Positions 50,514 to 58,679 of a stretch of 64,000 nucleotides of DNA are shown in pieces. Within the stretch, counting starts at the first letter, position 1. Each line of letters starts with the position of its first letter. The translations under genes and the position numbers were made by a program. The stretch is taken from positions 64,001 through 128,000 of the forward strand of contig CBDCZH010000010.1 of the NCBI GenBank assembly GCA_965224485.1, written 5' to 3'. Source of the DNA: Arcobacteraceae bacterium (GTDB taxonomy: Bacteria; Campylobacterota; Campylobacteria; Campylobacterales; Arcobacteraceae). The notes under the pieces were generated by a model. That model saw only the letters and a program-made list of their open reading frames with translations. It did not search any database and had not been told where the DNA came from.

Positions 50514-51596
50514 ATGGCAAAAATTACTCTTTCAAACTTAGCGCACTCATACATGAAGAATCCAGTCAAAGATGAAGACTATGCTTTAAGAAAATTAAAT
50601 CATGAGTGGGAAGATGGAGCAGCATATGCTCTTTTAGGACCATCAGGTTGTGGAAAATCAACTTTATTAAATATAATTTCTGGAATTATTACACCTTCTG
50701 AAGGGCGCATTTTATTTGATGAAACAGATGTTACTTTTGTAGATACAAAAGATAGAAATATTGCACAAGTTTTTCAATTTCCTGTAGTTTATGACACAAT
50801 GACAGTTAGACAAAACCTTGAATTTCCTTTAAAAAATAGAAATTATGATAAGGAATATATTCAACAAAGAGTGGCTTCAATAGCAAGATCAATTCAAGTT
50901 GAAAATATAATGAATAAAAAAGCACAAAATTTAAGTGCTGATGAAAAGCAGAAGATTTCTTTAGGACGAGGAATGGTTAGAGAAGATGTAAATGCAATCT
51001 TATTTGATGAACCTTTAACAGTAATTGATCCTCATATGAAGTGGGAGCTTAGAACACAATTAAAAGCCTTACATAAAGAACTTAAACATACAATGATTTT
51101 TGTAACGCATGATCAAACAGAAGCATTAACTTTTGCTGATAAAGTAGTAGTTATGAATGAAGGAACTGTTGTTCAAATAGGAACACCACAAGAATTGTTT
51201 GAGCAACCAGAACATACCTTTGTTGGTTATTTTATAGGTTCTCCTGGAATGAATTTTCTAAATATAGAACTTCAAGGGAATATAGCAAAAATAGGAGAAA
51301 CTTCTCTTTGTTTAAAAAAAGTGTATTCTCAATTAACTGGGAAAATCGAACTTGGTATTAGACCTGAATTTATTGAACTTTGTGAAGAGAAAGATGGTTT
51401 AAAGATTGAAATAAAAAGAATTGAAGATTTAGCTCATCATAAAATTGTAAGGGCTATATATAACAATGTAAATATTAATATTATTGTAAAAGAAGAAGTG
51501 AGAATAACTTCATCTATGACTTACATGAAGTTTAACTTAGAAAAAATAAATATTTATTGTAATTCTTGGTTAGTTAAAGGAGACTTATTATCATGA
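50514..51596 (+). CDS. glpT: Glycerol ABC transporter ATP-binding subunit (GlpT in Rhizobium naming)
   Basis: GPSGCGKS, QVFQFPV, LSADEKQK, DEPLTVIDPH, THDQ. Confidence 0.85.
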   Translation: MAKITLSNLAHSYMKNPVKDEDYALRKLNHEWEDGAAYALLGPSGCGKSTLLNIISGIITPSEGRILFDETDVTFVDTKDRNIAQVFQFPVVYDTMTVRQNLEFPLKNRNYDKEYIQQRVASIARSIQVENIMNKKAQNLSADEKQKISLGRGMVREDVNAILFDEPLTVIDPHMKWELRTQLKALHKELKHTMIFVTHDQTEALTFADKVVVMNEGTVVQIGTPQELFEQPEHTFVGYFIGSPGMNFLNIELQGNIAKIGETSLCLKKVYSQLTGKIELGIRPEFIELCEEKDGLKIEIKRIEDLAHHKIVRAIYNNVNINIIVKEEVRITSSMTYMKFNLEKINIYCNSWLVKGDLLS

Positions 51597-52462
51597 AAAA
51601 AAGAGTAAATCAAAAAGCATGGTTTTTAGTTCTTCCTGTTTTATTATTAGTTAGCTTTTCTGCCATTATTCCTTTAATGACAGTTGTAAATTATTCAATT
51701 CAAGATACTTTTGGAAATAATGTATTCTTTGAAGTAGGTTTGGAGTGGTTTGAAGAAATTTTACACTCGCAAAGAATTCATGATGCATTAGGACGCCAAA
51801 TATTATTTACAGGAATTATTTTATTAATTGAAATACCTTTAGGAATATTTATAGCCCTTCATATGCCAAAAAGAGGTTTTTGGGCATCAACTTGTTTAAT
51901 TTTAATTGCTCTTCCTTTATTAGTTCCATGGAATGTAGTAGGAACAATTTGGCAAATCTTTGGAAGAACTGATATTGGGCTCTTAGGTTATACCTTAGCT
52001 TATTTGGGTATTGAGTATAACTATACTCAAAATATTATTGATGCTTGGATCACTCTTATTGTTATGGATGTATGGCATTGGACATCTTTAGTTGTACTTC
52101 TTTGTTATGCAGGACTGCAAGCTATTCCAAGTGCTTATTATCAAGCAGCCAAAATTGATCAAGCTTCAAGATGGAGTGTTTTTAGATATATAGAGTTACC
52201 AAAAATGATGGGTGTTTTATTAATTGCTACACTTTTAAGATTTATGGATAGTTTTATGATTTATACGGAACCGATGGTAGTAACTGGTGGTGGTCCTGGA
52301 AATGCTACAACTTTTCTTTCAATTGATTTAGTAAAAATGGCAATAGGACAGTTTGATTTAGGACCTGCAGCTGCTTTCTCATTAATTTATTTTTTAGTAA
52401 TTTTATTAGTTTCTTGGGCCTTTTTTACAATTATGACTAATATTGATAAGCAGGAGAATTAA
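51593..52462 (+). CDS. glpP: Glycerol ABC transporter permease (GlpP in Rhizobium naming)
   Basis: NQKAWFLVLP, MDVWHWT, LLRFMDSF. Confidence 0.82.
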   Translation: MKKRVNQKAWFLVLPVLLLVSFSAIIPLMTVVNYSIQDTFGNNVFFEVGLEWFEEILHSQRIHDALGRQILFTGIILLIEIPLGIFIALHMPKRGFWASTCLILIALPLLVPWNVVGTIWQIFGRTDIGLLGYTLAYLGIEYNYTQNIIDAWITLIVMDVWHWTSLVVLLCYAGLQAIPSAYYQAAKIDQASRWSVFRYIELPKMMGVLLIATLLRFMDSFMIYTEPMVVTGGGPGNATTFLSIDLVKMAIGQFDLGPAAAFSLIYFLVILLVSWAFFTIMTNIDKQEN

Positions 52463-52463
52463 G

Positions 52464-53291
52464 ATGAATGTTCAAGATAAAAAAGGATTCTTTTCTAGTA
52501 AGTCTCCTATGATTATGCTGATTTATATTATATTTTTAATGTTACCAGTTTATTGGTTAATAAATATGAGTTTTAAAACAAACTCAGAGATATTAGGTAC
52601 ATTTTCTTTATTTCCAAATGACTTAACCTTTGATAACTATATAGTTATTTTTACAGATCCTTCTTGGTATTGGGGTTATATAAATTCAATGATATATGTT
52701 GTTATGAATACTGTTATTTCTTTATTAGTAGCACTTCCAGCTGCATATGCCTTTTCAAGGTATACATTTTTAGGGGATAAGCATCTATTCTTTTGGTTAT
52801 TAACTAACAGAATGGCACCACCTGCAGTTTTTGCACTGCCATTTTTCCAGCTTTATTCAAGTGTTGGTTTATTTGATACACATATAGCTGTAGCCTTAGC
52901 TCATACTTTATTTAATGTTCCTCTAACAGTTTGGATTTTAGAAGGTTTTATGAAAGGAGTTCCTAAAGAAATAGATGAAACAGCATATGTAGATGGTTTT
53001 GGTTTTTTTGCATTTTTTACAAAAATTTTTACACCCATGATATCTTCAGGTATTGGAGTAGCTGCATTCTTTTGTTTTATGTTTTCATGGGTTGAATTAC
53101 TTTTAAGTAGAACATTAACATCAGTTGATGCTAAATCTATTGCTGCAACTATGACTAAAACAGTATCAGCTTCGGGAGTTGATTGGGGAGTTTTAAGTGC
53201 AGCTGGAGTGTTAACATTAGTACCAGGTGCAATTGTTATTTATTTTGTAAGACATCATATTGCTAAGGGTTTATCTCTTGGTCGAGTTTAA
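52464..53291 (+). CDS. glpQ: Glycerol ABC transporter permease (GlpQ in Rhizobium naming)
   Basis: FFWLLTNRMAP, EIDETAYVDG, FSWVELL; ATG at 52464 after AGGAG. Confidence 0.82.
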   Translation: MNVQDKKGFFSSKSPMIMLIYIIFLMLPVYWLINMSFKTNSEILGTFSLFPNDLTFDNYIVIFTDPSWYWGYINSMIYVVMNTVISLLVALPAAYAFSRYTFLGDKHLFFWLLTNRMAPPAVFALPFFQLYSSVGLFDTHIAVALAHTLFNVPLTVWILEGFMKGVPKEIDETAYVDGFGFFAFFTKIFTPMISSGIGVAAFFCFMFSWVELLLSRTLTSVDAKSIAATMTKTVSASGVDWGVLSAAGVLTLVPGAIVIYFVRHHIAKGLSLGRV

Positions 53292-53300
53292 GGAGAAGTT

Positions 53301-53579
53301 ATGAATTTATCATGGATGGCGTGGACAAATGCAACAGCTATTTTTTTCTCATTGATATTAGTTTCTCTTATATTAATGACAATCTGGGCCATGAAGTGGC
53401 CACAGGCTCCTAGAGTTGGAATATTAAGAATAGAAACAACTCCTGGGGATAGACTATTTCTTTCACTTTTAGGCTCAGCATTTATATGCCTTGCTTATTT
53501 AGCGATGTTTGGTGCTCCAATTTTTGGAGCTTTAGTTATTTGCTTTTTTTATGCCTTATGTGTTTTTAAATGGGTTTAA
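53301..53579 (+). CDS. glpU: Small integral membrane protein DUF2160 (GlpU)
   Basis: WMAWT...TTPGDRLFLSLL. Confidence 0.82.
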   Translation: MNLSWMAWTNATAIFFSLILVSLILMTIWAMKWPQAPRVGILRIETTPGDRLFLSLLGSAFICLAYLAMFGAPIFGALVICFFYALCVFKWV

Positions 53580-53605
53580 AAATAAAGTTTAATTAAGGAG
53601 AAAAG

Positions 53606-55381
53606 ATGACTAGATTAATTACAGGTGTAATTTCAAGTGTTACTGTGACTTCAATTCTTTTATTTACTGGGTGTGGAGAGAAGAAAGAAGAAAAAAAAGT
53701 ACAAATAAAAGAAGAGGTAAAAAAAGCTGTTGCAACAGTTGAAACAGTTCCTAAGAATATGGATAAGTGGTTAGCTGAATTTAATCCTTCTGTTTTAAGT
53801 GAAAATGAGCAAAAATCAGAAATATCTTGGTTTGCGCAAGCTGCTAAACCTTATAAAGGAATGACGATAAAAGTTGTTTCAGAAGGAATAGGTACTCACG
53901 TTTATGAAAGTAAAGTTTTAACAAAAGCTTTTTACGATTTAACTGGTATAAAAGTGATTCATGACATTATTGGTGAAGGTGATGTTGTTGAAAAGTTACA
54001 AACACAAATGCAAACGGGTCAAAATATATATGATGCATATATTAATGATTCTGATTTAATTGGTACTCATTGGAGATATCAACAAGCCAGAGATTTAACC
54101 GCTTGGATGAAAGGTGAAGGGGCAGATGTTACAAATCCTGGCTTAGACTTAAATGATTTTATTGGACTTGATTTTACAACTGGTCCTGATGGAAAGTTAT
54201 ATCAACTTCCAGATCAACAATTTGCAAACCTTTATTGGTTTAGAGCTGATTGGTTCGCTAATAAAAAAAATATGGCTGATTTCAAAAAAAGATATGGTTA
54301 TGATTTAGGTGTTCCAGTTAATTGGTCTGCTTATGAAGATATTGCTGAGTTTTTTACTGGTCGTGTAATTGATGGTAAAAAAGTTTATGGACATATGGAT
54401 TATGGTAAAAAAGATCCTTCTTTAGGTTGGAGATTTACTGATGCTTGGATGTCTATGGCTGGAATGGGTGATAAAGGAGAACCAAATGGTTTACCTGTTG
54501 ATGAGTGGGGAATTAGAGTAAATTCAAAATCTCAACCTGTTGCTTCTTGTGTGAATAGAGGAGGAGCTACAAATTCACCAGCTGCTGTTTATGCAATAAA
54601 GAAATATTCTGAGTGGTTAAAAAAATACGCACCTCCTAGTGCCGCTGGTATGGTTTTCTCTGAAGCTGGACCTGTTCCTGCTCAAGGTGAAATAGCACAG
54701 CAAATGTTCTGGTATACAGCTTTTACAGCTGATATGGTAAAAGAAAAAATTGCAGTCGTTAATGAAGACGGAACTCCTAAATGGAGAATGGCTCCATCAC
54801 CTCATGGTGCATATTGGGAAAAAGGAATGAAAATTGGTTATCAAGATGCTGGTTCTTGGACTTTAATGAAATCAACTCCTATAAAAAGATCAAAAGCTGC
54901 TTGGTTATATGCACAATTTGTTACTTCAAAAACTGTTGATTTAAAAAAGTCACATGTAGGTTTAACTTTTATTAGAGAATCATCTATTAACCATGAATCT
55001 TTTACAAAAAGAGCTAAAAAACTTGGTGGATTAATTGAGTTTTATAGATCTCCAGCACGTGTTCAATGGTCTCCAACTGGAACTAATGTTCCTGATTATC
55101 CAAAATTAGCACAATTATGGTGGCAAAATATTGGTGATGCATCATCTGGTGCTAAAACTGCTCAAGAAGCTTTAAATTCTCTTTGTTTAGCACAAGAAAA
55201 AGTTCTTAAAAGATTGGAAAGAGCTGGTGTTCAAGGTGATATTGGTCCAAAACTTAATAAAGAAAGTTCTGAAGAATACTGGTTAAAACAAGAAGGTTCT
55301 CCAAAAGCTAAATTAGCTAATGAAAAACCAAAAGCAATAACTATCTCTTATGATGAACTAATTAAATCTTGGTCTAAATAA
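53606..55381 (+). CDS. glpV: Glycerol ABC transporter substrate-binding protein (GlpV), lipoprotein form
   Basis: DSDLIGTH, PDQQFANLYW, GHMDYGKKDPSLGWRF, PDYPKLAQLWW; FTGC lipobox. Confidence 0.85.
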   Translation: MTRLITGVISSVTVTSILLFTGCGEKKEEKKVQIKEEVKKAVATVETVPKNMDKWLAEFNPSVLSENEQKSEISWFAQAAKPYKGMTIKVVSEGIGTHVYESKVLTKAFYDLTGIKVIHDIIGEGDVVEKLQTQMQTGQNIYDAYINDSDLIGTHWRYQQARDLTAWMKGEGADVTNPGLDLNDFIGLDFTTGPDGKLYQLPDQQFANLYWFRADWFANKKNMADFKKRYGYDLGVPVNWSAYEDIAEFFTGRVIDGKKVYGHMDYGKKDPSLGWRFTDAWMSMAGMGDKGEPNGLPVDEWGIRVNSKSQPVASCVNRGGATNSPAAVYAIKKYSEWLKKYAPPSAAGMVFSEAGPVPAQGEIAQQMFWYTAFTADMVKEKIAVVNEDGTPKWRMAPSPHGAYWEKGMKIGYQDAGSWTLMKSTPIKRSKAAWLYAQFVTSKTVDLKKSHVGLTFIRESSINHESFTKRAKKLGGLIEFYRSPARVQWSPTGTNVPDYPKLAQLWWQNIGDASSGAKTAQEALNSLCLAQEKVLKRLERAGVQGDIGPKLNKESSEEYWLKQEGSPKAKLANEKPKAITISYDELIKSWSK

Positions 55382-55388
55382 GTTAGAA

Positions 55389-55469
55389 AACTAAGTTGAG
55401 TCAAACTCAACTTAGTTATAAAAAATATTTTATAGTCTAAATAAGATGTAAAATATTTTTTATAACTAA
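55389..55469 (+). promoter_or_regulatory. Two overlapping hairpins between glpV and glpK
   Basis: 12-bp stem 55389-55400/55406-55417 and 21-bp stem 55412-55432/55449-55469. Confidence 0.7.
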
Positions 55470-55483
55470 AGGAAAGAGAAGAT

Positions 55484-56982
55484 ATGAAATACATTTTATC
55501 AATAGATCAAGGAACAACTTCAAGTAGAGCAATTTTATTTGATAAAAATATGAAAATAAAAGCCAGTGCTAATGAAGAATTTACTCAATACTTTCCAAAA
55601 TCAGGCTGGGTCGAGCATAAACCTGATGATTTATATGAGACAGTTATAAATGTATGTAAAGAAGTAATTAAAAAATCTAATATAAAAGTAAAAGATATTC
55701 TATCAATTGGTATTACAAATCAGAGAGAAACAACAATAGTTTGGGATAAAAAAACTGGGAAAGCTATATATAATGCGATAGTATGGCAGGATAGACGAAC
55801 TTCTAAAATGTGTCAGGCTTTAAAAAAAATGGAAATGAAGATAAGTTAAGAGAAAAAACTGGCTTATTATTTGACCCTTATTTTTCTGGAACAAAATTAA
55901 AATGGATTTTGCAAAATGTGAAAGGTGCAAAAGAAAAAGCCTTAAATAATGAACTTCTTTTTGGAACTGTTGATTCATATTTAATTTGGAGGCTAAGTAA
56001 GAACAAAAGACATGTAACTGATGCTACAAATGCAGCTAGAACTATGTTGTTTAATATTAAAACTCAGAAGTGGGATAAAGATATTTGTTCTTTACTTGAT
56101 ATTCCTATGAATATGTTGCCTGAGGTAAAAGATTGTGCTAGTGATTTTACGGTTGTAAGTAAAAAAATATTTGGATATGAAATTCCTGTAAATGGTGTTG
56201 CTGGTGATCAACAATCAGCTGCTATTGGACAGGCTTGTTTTAAAAAAGGAATGATAAAATCAACATATGGAACAGGATGTTTTGCTTTACTTAATACAGG
56301 TTCTCAAATGGTTTTATCTCAAAATAAATTAATAAGTACTATTGCTTATAGATTAAATGGTAAAACTACTTATGCTCTTGAGGGTTCAATTTTTGTAGCA
56401 GGTGCTATTGTTCAGTGGTTAAGAGATGGTTTAAAGATTATAAAAAATGCAAAAGATACAAATAAATTAGCAAAAAACTCTGATAAGGAGCAAGAATTAT
56501 ATATAGTTCCTGCTTTTACTGGTCTTGGTGCTCCTTATTGGGATCCTGATTGTAGAGGGGCAATTTTTGGACTTACTCGAAATTCAGGACCTGCTGAGTT
56601 TGCTAAAGCTGCTTTAGAAAGTGTTGCTTATCAAAGTAAAGATTTATTAGATGCTATGAAAGAAGACTGTTTACGAAGTAATAATAAAATTTCTAAGAAA
56701 ACTGTCTTAAGAGTTGATGGAGGTATGGCTGCTTCTTCTTTTACGATTCAAAATTTAGCTGATATCTTAGGCTCTTGTGTTGATAGACCAAAAATACTTG
56801 AAACAACAGCTTTGGGTGTTGCTTATTTAGCTGGTATGTATATTGGTTTTTATCCCAACAAAGAAGAGTTTGCTAAAAAATGGAAATTAGATAAGAGATT
56901 TAAACCAAAGATGGATAAAGAAACAAGTAAAAGAAAGTACTCTTTGTGGCAAGATGCTGTTAAAAGAACTCTAAGTAAATAG
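55484..56982 (+). pseudogene. glpK: Glycerol kinase, split by -1 frameshift in A8 tract (or sequencing error)
   Basis: [23 protein letters not shown] in the first [25 protein letters not shown] in the second; adding one A to 55822-55829 gives a 499-aa protein. Confidence 0.9.
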
Positions 56983-57042
56983 TATTTATATACTAAAAAA
57001 CTATCATATACAAAATTAAAATACAAAAAAATTAAATTATAT

Positions 57043-57074
57043 TTTAAAGAAGCCTATATAATAGGCTCTTTAAA
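57043..57074 (+). terminator. Hairpin after glpK
   Basis: TTTAAAGA-AGCCTAT-ATA-ATAGGCT-CTTTAAA. Confidence 0.6.
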
Positions 57075-57082
57075 TATTATGT

Positions 57083-57137
57083 TGTTATAATGATTAAGCT
57101 TTACGTAAGTTTATAGTTGTTATGATGTTATAACAAC
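57083..57137 (+). promoter_or_regulatory. Extended -10 and operator-like palindrome upstream of ALDH
   Basis: TG-T-TATAAT at 57083-57091; GTTGTTAT-GATGTT-ATAACAAC at 57116-57137. Confidence 0.65.
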
Positions 57138-57155
57138 ATATCAACAAGGAATAAA

Positions 57156-58649
57156 ATGAAAACTCTAGAACAAAATGAATTATTAAAATTAAAATTTATA
57201 AAAACATTACAAGAAGAACCTCTTAAAAATTTTATAAGTGGAAAATGGAGAGCAAGTGATGAAATTGCAAAAAATATTAATCCTTCAAATCCAAAAGATA
57301 TAGTTTCTACATTTTATAAAGGTAGTTTTGATCAAATTTTTGAAACTATTAATACTGCACATGAAGTTCAAAAAACATGGAGCAAGTCTTCTATATCTCT
57401 TAGAGCTAAAATTTTAAATGATATTGGAGATAAATTATTAGAGCAAAAAGAATTTTATGGTGAAGTTATTGCAAGAGAAGCTGGAAAACCTATTAAAGAA
57501 GCAATAGATGAAGTTGTTAAATCAGCAGAATTTTTTCACTATTTTTCAGCAGAAGCTATAAGAAACAAAGGTGTTTTTATGGACTCACCCAGAGAAAATG
57601 TAGATATTGAAGTAATAAATGAAGCTATTGGTGTAATTGGAGTTATTACACCTTGGAATTACCCTTTAGCAATTGCTGCTTGGAAAATAGCACCTGCCTT
57701 AGCTTATGGTAATTCAGTTATATTAAAACCATCAAGCCAAACTCCAGCAATTGCTTATTTATTAACAAAAATAATTGATTCTACGTCTTTACCAAAAGGG
57801 GTGTTTTCTCTAGCTTTTGGAAAAGGTGGGGTTATTGGAAATGCTTTAGCTGAGTCAAAAAAAGTACAAGCAATTACTTTTACAGGGTCTGTTGCAGTTG
57901 GACATGAATTAGCAAAAAGATCAATTACTTCTATGACTAAACTTCAATTAGAAATGGGAAGTAAAAATTCATTAATTATTTTAGATGATGCAAATCTTGA
58001 TATTGCAGTTGAGGCTGCTATTAAAGGTGCTTATAATGCAAATGGTCAAAAATGTACTTCTTGCTCTAAACTTATAGTCACTCCTGGTATTTATGATGAG
58101 TTTATTAAAGCTTTTAAGAAAAAGATGGAAACTCTAAGTGTAGGTGATGCTATGGATACAAATAGTCAAATAGGTCCTTGTATTGATAAAAAACAACTAG
58201 ATGAAAACTTAGCTTATATAAAACTAGGTCTTGAAGAAGGTGCAAAATTGGTTTGTGGTGGAGAAGCTATTAAAAGTGAAACAGGTGGATACTTTTTCTC
58301 ACCCGCTCTTTTCGTAGGTGGAAAATCAAGTATGAGAATCAATCAAGAAGAGATGTTTGCTGCTATTGCTTGTGTGATTAAAGCAAAAGATTACGAAGAT
58401 GCGGTTGAGATATTAAATGATACTGAGTTTGGTTTATCAGGTGGAATTATTACAAATAATTTAAAATATGCAATGAGATTTAAACATGATGCAGTTATAG
58501 GAAATGTAATGATTAATCTTCCTACTGCTGGAATGGATAATCATGTACCTTTTGGAGGAAGAAAAAATTCTTCTTATGGTTCTCGTGAGAAGTCTTATGC
58601 ATCAAGTGATTTTTTTACTACTACAAAAACTGTATATATAAAATACTAG
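57156..58649 (+). CDS. NAD(P)-dependent aldehyde dehydrogenase
   Basis: ITPWNYP, LKPS, FTGS, LEMGSKN, GQKCT, EEMF, PFGG. Confidence 0.93.
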   Translation: MKTLEQNELLKLKFIKTLQEEPLKNFISGKWRASDEIAKNINPSNPKDIVSTFYKGSFDQIFETINTAHEVQKTWSKSSISLRAKILNDIGDKLLEQKEFYGEVIAREAGKPIKEAIDEVVKSAEFFHYFSAEAIRNKGVFMDSPRENVDIEVINEAIGVIGVITPWNYPLAIAAWKIAPALAYGNSVILKPSSQTPAIAYLLTKIIDSTSLPKGVFSLAFGKGGVIGNALAESKKVQAITFTGSVAVGHELAKRSITSMTKLQLEMGSKNSLIILDDANLDIAVEAAIKGAYNANGQKCTSCSKLIVTPGIYDEFIKAFKKKMETLSVGDAMDTNSQIGPCIDKKQLDENLAYIKLGLEEGAKLVCGGEAIKSETGGYFFSPALFVGGKSSMRINQEEMFAAIACVIKAKDYEDAVEILNDTEFGLSGGIITNNLKYAMRFKHDAVIGNVMINLPTAGMDNHVPFGGRKNSSYGSREKSYASSDFFTTTKTVYIKY

Positions 58650-58679
58650 TATTTTTTACTTGTATAAAAAGGAGATATT

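Noticed and set aside
55810..56982. Independent 390-aa kinase gene starting at GTG 55810
   Set aside because: It lacks the N-terminal DQGTTS ATP-binding motif and an SD; it is the distal part of frameshifted glpK
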